DNA of 64,000 nt, from the NCBI GenBank assembly GCA_020444415.1, contig JAHLLA010000011.1, forward strand, positions 3,684 to 67,683. Reading direction: 5' to 3'. The stretch comes from Bacteroidota bacterium (GTDB lineage Bacteria > Bacteroidota > Bacteroidia > Bacteroidales > F082). Of this stretch, positions 31,958 through 41,663 are shown in pieces. A program made the translations under genes and the position numbers. A model generated the notes under the pieces. The model was not told the origin of the DNA, searched no databases, and saw nothing but the letters and a program-made list of their open reading frames with translations. The stretch's first letter is position 1; every line of letters begins with the position of its first letter.

Positions 31958-34732
31958 ATGCCCGTACTGTTCGATACATTGTTTAAAAGTATCGCCTCGG
32001 TGTTCAAAATTATGAAACTGGTCGTAGCTGGCTGCAGCAGGCGATAGCAAGCATTTTCCGCTCATTTTATTTTTAAATGCAAAATCGACAGCCTCCTGAA
32101 TACCAGCAACTTTAATCAAATTCTTTGAAGACTTACTGCTGGAAAAAATCTGCATCATCGTATCGCCTGCCTTACCAAGGAATAGTAGATTTTCAATTTC
32201 ACTTTCATTCAGAAACGCTACCAGGTCTTTGTAATCAATACCCCGGTCAAAGCCCCCTAAAATAATGGTACTTACATCCTGAAGCGTTTTGACCGCGGCT
32301 ATGGTTGATTCGGGCACAGTTGAAATACTGTCGTTGTAAAAATCAATACCATTAAACCGGCCCACAAATTCAAGTCGGTGTGGTAATGGCCTGAAGGTAT
32401 TCAGATAAGAAAAAGATGTTTTAAAATCAATGCCAATTGCCGAAACAGCCAGCATGGCAGCCATGACATTCAGCATATTATGATCACCTCTTAAGGGCAT
32501 TTCATCATCTGCTTTTAACTGTTGGTCTCTGGAGCGAAATACGAAAGTCCCTGAATTATAAAACGCGTCGGATGAGTCCCAATCCTTACTTCCGAATAAG
32601 AGTTTCCTTCCTTCAATTGCAACCGGGAATTCTTCATGCATGATGGCCACATCCCCTGGCTTTTGAAATCGGAAAATATGGTGTTTGGCTTTTATATAAT
32701 CATTAAAACTGTTAAAATGATCCAAGTGTTCTGGAAAAATGTTGAGCAAAATACCAATATGGGGCGAATGGTGTACATTTTCCAACTGGTGGGCTGAAAT
32801 TTCATGTACGATGATGGTACTTGGATTAATTTTTTGAAGCATATCAAAAGGCGGAATGCCAATATTTCCAAGCAATACCGAATCTTTTCCTGATCTTTCA
32901 AGCAAATGGTGAATAAGTGTAGAAGTGGTGCTCTTACCTTTGGTTCCTGTAATGCCAATGGTTTGATCCCTGTAAAATTTAAGAAACAGGTCGGCCTGTG
33001 AATAAAGATAACTATGATTTGGAATCGGTGTGTGTAATTTCACGCCCGGCGACTTAATCACAATTGAAAACTCTGCTAATTGCGATTGGTATGTATCTCC
33101 ACAATGAAATTCCAGGTTTGGATCTCCTGCCGCAAGTTCCGAATGGTTAGCGATGGTGTTTTTATCGGCTATGTGGATCACTACATTTGGAAAATACGAG
33201 CGCAATAGCCTATAGGTGGATTGCCCTTCCCTACCAAATCCAAGGATCATAATTTCCGGGTTTGGCCCGAATTTACTTTGAATGAATAACTGAAATTGCT
33301 TTGATAACGGGAGCTCCAATTGATCCATAAGCACTTTCATAAACGCTATCGGCAACAGGTTTTCCGTATTGAATGATGCCATCAATTCCTTAAAATCATC
33401 GAGTCCATTTCCTGTATATTGAAAATTTCGCAACAATTCAGGGCGTTCTTTTTTACTTATTTCTCCATATGATTTGAATAATGCAGCCTTTATCTCGTTG
33501 GGGGTACCCACGCACTCAAAAGGTTTTACCGGCGACATGCCCGTCAGTTCATCAAAAATGAGTTTCAGTTCTGCATCATTCAACACATCCTTTCCAAATA
33601 TCTGATGCAATTGTTCACGCGGAACAAAGGGTGATAAAATAATGTATGTAAACAAGCATTTGGGGCATTTTCCACACCATTGATCCTCTTTACTTCCCAC
33701 ATTGCAACTTCGGAAACCTGAAAAATGTTCCGGAAAGGAAGCAAACAACTTACCGATCTGCAGTTCATTCAGGGGCCTCAAAAAGCTGAAATATTCAAGT
33801 TCAGGATGCACATATTTTTTACTGTACTGGGCAAAATCTTGTTCAAATCCAAAGGATTTGGAATACTGATGGTTGATATCAGAACCCGGCACCGTACTTT
33901 CGTTGGCACTGTTTTCATTCGATAATGCCACATATTTAGTTCCTGATACCACGGCCGCAAGCACGTTTACAAAAGCCAGCAAAGCCGAAAAAGGGGTATG
34001 TCCGTTTAAAAAACCTTTGGCATTCAGTTCCAGCATCAGCGGGTCAAGTGTTCGCTTCACAACAATTGAATCATGCATTCCGAAACCCGCCGTTTCGATG
34101 GTTTTTACAATCGCCTCCCGTGGGTTCAATGCCATCGGTATGATTTGTAATCCGGATTTCTTTAATAACTCCAGGGTCACAACTGAATCCTTGCCACCCC
34201 CTACCGGGACAACCACTTGCATATCACTTAAAGTTTCCGAAACGATTGTCGGCGAAATTCCTTTCGATTCAATATGTATAAAATCATCCGGGTCAGGTGT
34301 GATGCCATTCAGGTAAAAGAATTCGCCCAATCCGTGGTAGTATAATTTTTTCCACCAATTCATCTGCTCCTCTGAAAGTGCATGTGGTTCAATAAGCACT
34401 TTGGGTGAACATGTCAGTTTCCAGTAGCTAATCAGTTCGACCATTCCAATATGAAACACCATATTGGAAAGCGCGTCATGCGACATCTCTTCCAGCCTGT
34501 AAAAATCACGATTAAGCAGTTTTAAGCCTGGCGTGAATGTAAATTCGCCAGAAATATCAAAGGTGAACTTAATATCCAGTTCGTTGTTATTTATGGTAAA
34601 AGCATAATCCACATACCCGAAATATGGATACTGTTGCCGTAATTTTATATATTTACCGTAATGATCCTGTGGCTTCAAAATGATGGTATGTTTTTTGTAA
34701 AAAACCTTGTAAAAGTAATGGTTTTCCTGCAT
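31943..34732 (-). CDS. fusion protein with an N-terminal QueC-like PP-loop ATP-pyrophosphatase domain and a C-terminal MurD-type UDP-MurNAc-L-Ala--glutamate ligase
   Basis: The N-domain has VPVGGGKDS (PP-loop) and CGKCPKC (C-x2-C-x2-C). The C-domain has GITGTKGKSTT, NIFPEHLDH and SPAAASYDQF, as in MurD. Confidence 0.7.
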   Translation of the reverse strand: MQENHYFYKVFYKKHTIILKPQDHYGKYIKLRQQYPYFGYVDYAFTINNNELDIKFTFDISGEFTFTPGLKLLNRDFYRLEEMSHDALSNMVFHIGMVELISYWKLTCSPKVLIEPHALSEEQMNWWKKLYYHGLGEFFYLNGITPDPDDFIHIESKGISPTIVSETLSDMQVVVPVGGGKDSVVTLELLKKSGLQIIPMALNPREAIVKTIETAGFGMHDSIVVKRTLDPLMLELNAKGFLNGHTPFSALLAFVNVLAAVVSGTKYVALSNENSANESTVPGSDINHQYSKSFGFEQDFAQYSKKYVHPELEYFSFLRPLNELQIGKLFASFPEHFSGFRSCNVGSKEDQWCGKCPKCLFTYIILSPFVPREQLHQIFGKDVLNDAELKLIFDELTGMSPVKPFECVGTPNEIKAALFKSYGEISKKERPELLRNFQYTGNGLDDFKELMASFNTENLLPIAFMKVLMDQLELPLSKQFQLFIQSKFGPNPEIMILGFGREGQSTYRLLRSYFPNVVIHIADKNTIANHSELAAGDPNLEFHCGDTYQSQLAEFSIVIKSPGVKLHTPIPNHSYLYSQADLFLKFYRDQTIGITGTKGKSTTSTLIHHLLERSGKDSVLLGNIGIPPFDMLQKINPSTIIVHEISAHQLENVHHSPHIGILLNIFPEHLDHFNSFNDYIKAKHHIFRFQKPGDVAIMHEEFPVAIEGRKLLFGSKDWDSSDAFYNSGTFVFRSRDQQLKADDEMPLRGDHNMLNVMAAMLAVSAIGIDFKTSFSYLNTFRPLPHRLEFVGRFNGIDFYNDSISTVPESTIAAVKTLQDVSTIILGGFDRGIDYKDLVAFLNESEIENLLFLGKAGDTMMQIFSSSKSSKNLIKVAGIQEAVDFAFKNKMSGKCLLSPAAASYDQFHNFEHRGDTFKQCIEQYGHKKSG

Positions 34733-34748
34733 TTACAAAACAGAGAAT

Positions 34749-35339
34749 ATGAACGAGATAGATAAATTTTTACAAATAAGGACCAATAACGTAAAACCGG
34801 CCAAAGGAAGGATTTTATTATCGGAACCCTTGATGGGCGATTACTTCTTTGGCCGTTCGGTAGTGTTGCTAGCCGAGCACAATGAAGAAGGATCATTTGG
34901 CACCATTCTGAACAAACCCATTTCGGCTAACTTTAATGAAGTGGTGAAAGATTTCCCCGAATTTAATGCACCTGTGTACCTGGGTGGCCCGGTGGATACA
35001 GAAAATCTTTTTTATATACATACTAAAGGTGATTTGCTTCCTGACAGCCTTGAAATTATCAAAGGTGTGTTCTGGGGTGGCGATATCGAAATGCTGAAAG
35101 AAATGATGCTGTTAAAAACCATTCTGCCTAAAGACATAAGGTTCTTTATCGGATATTCTGGCTGGGCTTCCCGCCAATTAGATCTGGAACTCGAGAAGAA
35201 TTCATGGATCATTGCCAGGGCAACTGCGAAGCAGGTATTTGACATTGAACCCACCACCATGTGGGAACAAATTGTAAACAAAATGGGCGAAGAATACAAA
35301 TACTGGAAAAACTTCCCGGTAGATCCGAATGCAAATTAG
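34749..35339 (+). CDS. YqgE/AlgH family protein (UPF0301)
   Basis: It has LLSEPLMGDYFFGRSVVLLAEHNEEGSFGTILNKP and GGPV, and the C-terminal GYSGW block is conserved. Confidence 0.8.
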   Translation: MNEIDKFLQIRTNNVKPAKGRILLSEPLMGDYFFGRSVVLLAEHNEEGSFGTILNKPISANFNEVVKDFPEFNAPVYLGGPVDTENLFYIHTKGDLLPDSLEIIKGVFWGGDIEMLKEMMLLKTILPKDIRFFIGYSGWASRQLDLELEKNSWIIARATAKQVFDIEPTTMWEQIVNKMGEEYKYWKNFPVDPNAN

Positions 35340-35340
35340 A

Positions 35341-35949
35341 CTAAAATACCGTCTGAATAAATTGCTGAATCACATCCGGTATTATAATAACCGTAAATAC
35401 GATACCGAATACCGCGCCCCAAAAATGGGCATTGTGGCCGATATTGTCAGCGCCTTTTTTACCCATATAGGCTGAATACACCAGGTAAACAATACCAAAC
35501 ACCCACGAAGGCAAAGGAAAAGGTATCGGGAAAATAAAAATACTACCCGACGGGTAGAGCAAAATACTGGCAAACACAACCGCCGATACTGCTCCCGAGG
35601 CACCCACTGCATTGTAATAGGGGTTGGCCCGCTGCTTCCTGAAATCAAACAAGGTAGAGAAAATAACACCGCCTATATATAAAAGCGCGTAATACAGCAA
35701 TCCACGGTAGTTGAACTTCATCATCAGTACATCTTCCACAATATCTCCGAATGAGTACAGCACATACATATTGATGAGCAGGTGCAACCAGCCCGCGTGC
35801 ACCAGCGCATAGGAGAAAAAACGGTAATATTGCTTATGCTCTTTGATCAGGTAAGCATTGAACTTCAACCTGTCGAACAACTCTATATTGCTAAAGGCAA
35901 TGATAGAAATGATTACTGTAATCCCAACTATGATTATATTCAGTCCCAT
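35341..35949 (-). CDS. rhomboid-family intramembrane serine protease
   Basis: It has six TM segments, HLLINM (the H..xN motif), the catalytic GASGAV, and a downstream His in AHFWG. Confidence 0.8.
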   Translation of the reverse strand: MGLNIIIVGITVIISIIAFSNIELFDRLKFNAYLIKEHKQYYRFFSYALVHAGWLHLLINMYVLYSFGDIVEDVLMMKFNYRGLLYYALLYIGGVIFSTLFDFRKQRANPYYNAVGASGAVSAVVFASILLYPSGSIFIFPIPFPLPSWVFGIVYLVYSAYMGKKGADNIGHNAHFWGAVFGIVFTVIIIPDVIQQFIQTVF

Positions 35950-36785
35950 TATTCATCGATGGTTTGTTCAACAGCAGTTTCCGTTTTCGTATGGTCAATT
36001 TCGGAACCCAGCACACTATGAGGGATGATATACACGGCCAGCATCACCACAGCAGCCACAATCGGCCAAAGCCTGTTTGAAGGATTCTTCCGCAATTTGA
36101 AATAAGCAAACAGCCAGAAAAGGAAGGTGGCCAGCGTTTTATTATCTGTCAGGTCGTGGCCAAAAGGCCAGCCGGTCCAGAAGGCATCGAAAGCATATTT
36201 TTGAACAATAGGCCCCAGGATCAATCCACCCAGGAATAATGTGACCAGGGTGACACCCACGTAAAAACGATTGTCGTCACCTTTGAAAATGGCTTCAAGT
36301 GCCGCCCGCATACCGAACAACATGGAAATGAACATAAAAAAGATGTGGGGTATTAAAATGGGCCGTGGCACCGCTCCCTTAAAACGTATCACCGCGGGTT
36401 CCTCGTTTAGTTGGTATTCCCTGCCATCTTTATATAAACTTACATGGTATTCAATTTTTCCGGCGGCCGGTTGGGATGGTAATTCACTTAGCAACTTCCC
36501 TCCTTCCCTTCGCATTTCCACAGTGGTCCATTCATCATAGCTTTTAAAACGTTTAAATGTGAGTTTACCTGTAACTTCCATATCCTGAACCTCGACCTCA
36601 ACCGGGGCGTTTATTTCGGTATCGTGCGATCTTAATAGTTTATAATCAATAGTTTCTGAGCCAATTACAACTTCCCCTTTTACCGGGTATGTAGGTCCGG
36701 TGGCCCTTTGATAAATAACTATTGTTAATGTCAGCACGATGGACAATATCCATAATAACGCGTTCTTTAATCTGCTTTTACTCAT
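35949..36785 (-). CDS. hypothetical polytopic membrane protein
   Basis: The ORF has an N-terminal anchor, a soluble segment of about 100 aa and four or more C-terminal TM helices. Its stop overlaps the rhomboid start by 1 nt (TAATG). Confidence 0.6.
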   Translation of the reverse strand: MSKSRLKNALLWILSIVLTLTIVIYQRATGPTYPVKGEVVIGSETIDYKLLRSHDTEINAPVEVEVQDMEVTGKLTFKRFKSYDEWTTVEMRREGGKLLSELPSQPAAGKIEYHVSLYKDGREYQLNEEPAVIRFKGAVPRPILIPHIFFMFISMLFGMRAALEAIFKGDDNRFYVGVTLVTLFLGGLILGPIVQKYAFDAFWTGWPFGHDLTDNKTLATFLFWLFAYFKLRKNPSNRLWPIVAAVVMLAVYIIPHSVLGSEIDHTKTETAVEQTIDE

Positions 36786-36792
36786 AATCTAC

Positions 36793-37704
36793 TTATTTTC
36801 CTTCCTGGTGAATAATATCTTTATTGTTGCAACGGTCGTATTCCAGTTGCAGGGTTATATGATCTATATCGAATTTTTGTTTTAATAAATGCTGCACCTT
36901 ATCAACCACCTGCTGGCCATCGCTTACTTTCAGGTCATCGCACAGATCGATATGCCCTTCAAAGTGCACTTCCTGATCCGTCAGGTTCCAGATATGAATG
37001 TGGTGGACACCCTTAACTTCTTTAAAAGCAGTTACGGCAGCTATAATATCTTCCATTTCAATACCCGAAGGGGTTTGTTGCATCAATATCTTATAGGTAT
37101 CATACAACACCACATAGGTTTCTTTAATAATATACAAACTGATCAACACGGTGATGAGCGGATCCACCCAGTAGATCTCATAAAAATAGATGAGGACACC
37201 ACCAATAATCACCGCCACGCTGGAGAGTGTATCCCCGATCAGGTGCAGGTATGCTGCTTTTATGTTGATATTGCCCTTTTTATGCGATTTTAACAACAGC
37301 ACGCTCGCCAGATTGGCCAGCAAACCGATCACAGCCACTGTCATCATTAAAACACTCTTGATGGGTTGGGGATTGTTAAATCGTTCCCAGGCTTCAAATA
37401 TCAGGAAAACGGAAATGGCGATCAGCGTTACCGCGTTAAACATCGCCGCCAATATCTGGATACGCTTATAGCCAAAAGTAAATTTTTCGTTGGATGCCCT
37501 TTTACTGATCCTTTCGGTAATGTATGTGATCAGGATGGCTACCGTGTCGCTCAGGTTATGAAACGCATCGGAGATTAGCGCTAGGCTATTTGAGAAGATA
37601 CCACCAATGAACTCAGCAACTGTGATTGCCAGGTTCAGCAGCACCGTGATCAGCAACCTCTTGCCTTCAACGGTATGTGTATGTTGGTGGTGATTGTGAC
37701 CCAT
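36793..37704 (-). CDS. cation diffusion facilitator family transporter (CzcD/ZitB-like)
   Basis: It has a His-rich N-terminus, the motifs HNLSDT and HLIGD in TM2 and TM5, and a C-terminal cytoplasmic domain. Confidence 0.85.
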   Translation of the reverse strand: MGHNHHQHTHTVEGKRLLITVLLNLAITVAEFIGGIFSNSLALISDAFHNLSDTVAILITYITERISKRASNEKFTFGYKRIQILAAMFNAVTLIAISVFLIFEAWERFNNPQPIKSVLMMTVAVIGLLANLASVLLLKSHKKGNINIKAAYLHLIGDTLSSVAVIIGGVLIYFYEIYWVDPLITVLISLYIIKETYVVLYDTYKILMQQTPSGIEMEDIIAAVTAFKEVKGVHHIHIWNLTDQEVHFEGHIDLCDDLKVSDGQQVVDKVQHLLKQKFDIDHITLQLEYDRCNNKDIIHQEGK

Positions 37705-37707
37705 AAC

Positions 37708-40650
37708 TTACTCTGCTTTTTCTCCTATTGCTTCATAAAATAACTGGTGGATGTTGGTCCTGATGTCCAATTCCATAAGCTTTGTATTGTTCATATCAGG
37801 ATACACGCGGTTCGACAAAAATACATAAATCAGTCCTGTTTCAGGATCGGCCCATGTGTAAGTACCCGTAAATCCTGAGTGCCCGTAACTTGTGGGTGAA
37901 GCCGAACGGCAATTGGTGCGGTGCTCTTCAAATTCCAACAAAGGTTTATCGAATCCAAGTCCGCGGCGGTTGTCATTATCAGGAAACTGATATGCTGTGA
38001 ACACATCAACAGTCTCCCTGTCAATAAAATGTCGTCCGCCGTACACGCCGCCATTCAGAAACATCTGCATCATCACGGCTACATCATGGGCATTGCCAAA
38101 CAAACCGGCATGGCCTGATATTCCACCCAGCATGGCTGCTCCCTGGTCGTGCACATCGCCCTGCAACAGTTGGTGCCGGAACGACTGGTCGAATTCTGTT
38201 GGGATGATCCTTTTTAAACTGAAAAACTTCCGGGGCTGAAACCTGAGGTTTTTTAATCCCATTGGATCATAAAAATGCTGATAGACATAATCATCAAACT
38301 CGATGTTGTTGGCCTGTTCTATTAAATCCCTGAACAGGTAAAATCCCAGGTCGCTGTATTTATATTTTTTTTCCTCCAGAGGCGACTGAATGATCTCGTT
38401 GTAAATGGCATAATGATAATTCTCCTGGATATACATATTGTTAGCGACGCGGATCGGAAATAATTCTGAAATAGCTGAACGATACACCGCTGTATCCCAG
38501 ATGGTGTTCAAGATGGTATTTTCATAATATGGAATCCAACTTTGCAAACCTGCTTGGTGCGCCATGATTTCCCTGAATCCCAGGCCATCTTTATTAGACC
38601 CTTTCAGATAAAGGAGGTAGTCGGATAATTTTCCGTTTATGTCAATGATGTTCTTATCCTCCAATTGCATTAAGACAGGCGTTGTTGCTAATATTTTAGT
38701 CAGAGACGCCAGGTCGTAAATATCATCGTTTTTAACAGCATTTTTTTTATTGTATGTATGGTAGCCGAATGATTTCTCGTAAAAAATATAGCCGTCTTTG
38801 GCCGCCAGCACCTGGCAACCCGGGTACGCTTTTATTTCAATGCCGTTTAAAGCGATTGAATCTACCTTTGCAAGCATCGCCCGGTCAATTCCAAGTTCCT
38901 CAGGCGAGGCATACGACAGCCTTGTTTTTTTAATTGATAAGCCAGTACCTCCTTTAAAACCACCGGCACTAACGGGCAATTTTCCGGCCACCTTATGCAC
39001 ACCGGTGATGGCTTCCGCCGAAACCTGCTGCATATAAGGTTTATCCTGGTATGAAATGACAATGGATTTGAAAATATCGGTATTTCCAAACGCATTCAGG
39101 GCATAAGGACTGGCAAATACATCCAGGATTACCGGTTTTTTACGGGCTATATGATCAATGAATTGCACATCACCATCAGTGATACCAAAATTCTTTGAAG
39201 CAAGGATATTGGTATTCACAACGGCAATCACCACCAAGTTATATTCTTCTAAGGCGTGCAACACGGTTTGCCTTTCATTCACATTTGCATCGTGTGACAA
39301 GCGAAATATACTAAAAGGTAAAAAAGCTGTCAGCGGTTTCTCAAATGTGGTTTCATTTTCTGTGCCAATAATGATCAGCGCCGGTGAAAGTGTATCGGGA
39401 TAGGCCAGCGGAATCATTTCTTCTTGATTACGAACTACCGTGATGGCTTCACCAAAAAGGTCATCTGCTGTTTTCGCATATTCCGGTTGGTTTAAATCAA
39501 CGAGCAAATGGGTGGTATCTACCGGTATATTTCTCCATACACCACTCAAATATTTATATTTCAATACTTTTTTACAACTTTCCGCTAATCTTTCTTCTTT
39601 CACTTTTCCTTTAAGCACAGCTTCCTTAATGGCTTCAATGGAAGCAGGGATATTTTCCGGAATAAGCAGTATGTCATTCCCTGCTTTTAGCGCTTCAAGA
39701 GCTACTTCATTTTGCTTATAGTGTTTTGTAACCCCTTGCATATCCAGTCCATCAGGAATGATCAGTCCTTCGAAACCCATTTTGTTTTTCAGGTAGCCTT
39801 TCACAATTTTTTCAGAAAGTGATGAAGGAACTTTCTTCTTACTCTCAAAAGCTGGCACTGAGAGATGCGCTACCATTATGGCTGAAACACCTTTGTCAAT
39901 CAGGTATTGAAAAGGTAGCAGTTCAACATCCTTCAATTCATTTTTTGATGCATTGATAAGCGGAAGGTCGACATGTGAATCGACATCTGTATTACCGTGA
40001 CCCGGGAAATGCTTGGCACAGGCAATCAAACCATGATCCTGCATACCTTTCATATAATGATATGCTTTTATCGAAACATTGGCCGGATCTTCGCCAAAGG
40101 ACCGCATGCCAATTACCGGGTTTGCCGGATTATTATTTACATCCACCACAGGAGCGAAGTTGATATGTATGCCCATCCGTTTGCTTTGTTCCGCAATTTC
40201 AGCACCCATTTGGTACAATAAGGCATTGCCCTCAATAGCACCCAGGGTCATTTGCAAAGGATATTTTATGGTGTTACTCAATCGCATCCCCAGTCCCCAT
40301 TCAGCATCAATTGCGATAAATAGCGGTGTTTTTGCAAGGGCATTCCATTCGTTGGTTTTTAAGGCTTGTGACATAGGGTCATGCCTGAAAAACACCACAC
40401 CACCAATGTTGTAATTACTTATATAATCATCTACCGCATCCAGGTAGGGTTGATCCGATTGATTGGCACGGGCAAAGATCAGTTGTCCTATTTTTTCCTC
40501 TAAAGTGAATGATTGATACACCGAATCAGCCCATGCTTCAGCTTTTTGAGACTCAACTTCAGCAACCTGACTAAAAGCTTTTGCCGTTGAAAACAATAAA
40601 ATGATTGTTATTAACAATTGAAAAAAAAGTGTGATGTTCGGATACCTCAT
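37708..40650 (-). CDS. secreted fusion of a GH3 beta-N-acetylhexosaminidase-like domain and a serine-hydrolase (beta-lactamase/PBP-like) domain
   Basis: It has a signal peptide. The GH3 domain has the motifs KHFPGHG and DAEWG. The C-terminal domain has the SxxK motif ASLTK and the GHSGFTG block. Confidence 0.8.
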   Translation of the reverse strand: MRYPNITLFFQLLITIILLFSTAKAFSQVAEVESQKAEAWADSVYQSFTLEEKIGQLIFARANQSDQPYLDAVDDYISNYNIGGVVFFRHDPMSQALKTNEWNALAKTPLFIAIDAEWGLGMRLSNTIKYPLQMTLGAIEGNALLYQMGAEIAEQSKRMGIHINFAPVVDVNNNPANPVIGMRSFGEDPANVSIKAYHYMKGMQDHGLIACAKHFPGHGNTDVDSHVDLPLINASKNELKDVELLPFQYLIDKGVSAIMVAHLSVPAFESKKKVPSSLSEKIVKGYLKNKMGFEGLIIPDGLDMQGVTKHYKQNEVALEALKAGNDILLIPENIPASIEAIKEAVLKGKVKEERLAESCKKVLKYKYLSGVWRNIPVDTTHLLVDLNQPEYAKTADDLFGEAITVVRNQEEMIPLAYPDTLSPALIIIGTENETTFEKPLTAFLPFSIFRLSHDANVNERQTVLHALEEYNLVVIAVVNTNILASKNFGITDGDVQFIDHIARKKPVILDVFASPYALNAFGNTDIFKSIVISYQDKPYMQQVSAEAITGVHKVAGKLPVSAGGFKGGTGLSIKKTRLSYASPEELGIDRAMLAKVDSIALNGIEIKAYPGCQVLAAKDGYIFYEKSFGYHTYNKKNAVKNDDIYDLASLTKILATTPVLMQLEDKNIIDINGKLSDYLLYLKGSNKDGLGFREIMAHQAGLQSWIPYYENTILNTIWDTAVYRSAISELFPIRVANNMYIQENYHYAIYNEIIQSPLEEKKYKYSDLGFYLFRDLIEQANNIEFDDYVYQHFYDPMGLKNLRFQPRKFFSLKRIIPTEFDQSFRHQLLQGDVHDQGAAMLGGISGHAGLFGNAHDVAVMMQMFLNGGVYGGRHFIDRETVDVFTAYQFPDNDNRRGLGFDKPLLEFEEHRTNCRSASPTSYGHSGFTGTYTWADPETGLIYVFLSNRVYPDMNNTKLMELDIRTNIHQLFYEAIGEKAE

Positions 40651-40669
40651 GAAAACTATATTGAAGGCC

Positions 40670-40677
40670 CAAAAATA
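40670..40677 (-). promoter_or_regulatory. candidate -7 box for the GH3/CDF/rhomboid operon
   Basis: The reverse complement reads TATTTTTG and lies 19 nt upstream of ATG 40650. Confidence 0.4.
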
Positions 40678-40799
40678 TGGATTTTTCAGGATGTGTTTAA
40701 AAAAAATCCATCTATCTGATAAATTAAATATCTTACATTAGCGTCTTGGTTTATCAATATTAGCCAAACACCTACGCATCTCATTAACAATATATTAGT

Positions 40800-41645
40800 A
40801 TGCCAAAAGCAGATGAATTAAAAAAAATTGCTTCTCAAATCAGAAGAGACATTGTACGTATGGTACATGATGCTGCTTCGGGGCATCCCGGAGGATCACT
40901 CGGCTGTGCCGACCTGTTCACAGCACTTTTCTTTGAAATTCTCGACCATGATCCAACGAATTTTGACATGAACGGAATCGATCAGGATATTTTCTTTCTG
41001 TCGAACGGACATATCAGCCCCGTCTTTTATAGTTCGCTTGCACGGAGTGGTTACTTTCCGGTGTCAGAACTTGGCACTTTCCGTAAAATAGATTCCCGGT
41101 TGCAGGGTCATCCAACTACCATGGAAGGACTTCCGGGCGTAAGGGTGGCATCAGGTTCACTGGGGCAGGGAATGTCAGTTTCCATTGGTGCTGCTACCGC
41201 AAAAAAACTGAATAAGGATGACAAATTGATATTCTGCCTGATGGGGGATGGTGAGTTGAATGAAGGACAGGTTTGGGAGGCAGCCATCTACGCGGGAGCA
41301 AAAAAAGTGGATAACCTGATCGCTATTGTCGATCATAATCAAAAACAAATTGATGGCCCTACGGATGAAGTGATGCCTTTGGGGAATTTGAGAACTAAAT
41401 TTGAAGCATTCGGTTTTAAAGTGCTCGAAATGGATGGCAATGATATGGATGACATCCTCAAAACCGTTACCCGGGCCAAATCTGAAACAGGAAAAGAGCA
41501 ACCGATTATAATTATCATGAAGACAGAAATGGGCATGGGTGTCGATTTTATGATGGGAACACATAAATGGCATGGTGTAGCTCCGAACGATGAACAAACG
41601 GAAAAAGCCCTGGCACAACTTGAAGAAACCCTTCGAGATTATTAA
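40800..41645 (+). CDS. transketolase, N-terminal (PP-binding) subunit of a split enzyme
   Basis: It has GHPGGSLG and the GDGELNEGQVWEA thiamine-diphosphate-binding motif. Its length is about 280 aa. Confidence 0.9.
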   Translation: MPKADELKKIASQIRRDIVRMVHDAASGHPGGSLGCADLFTALFFEILDHDPTNFDMNGIDQDIFFLSNGHISPVFYSSLARSGYFPVSELGTFRKIDSRLQGHPTTMEGLPGVRVASGSLGQGMSVSIGAATAKKLNKDDKLIFCLMGDGELNEGQVWEAAIYAGAKKVDNLIAIVDHNQKQIDGPTDEVMPLGNLRTKFEAFGFKVLEMDGNDMDDILKTVTRAKSETGKEQPIIIIMKTEMGMGVDFMMGTHKWHGVAPNDEQTEKALAQLEETLRDY

Positions 41646-41663
41646 TGTATTGAAGCGAAAAAA

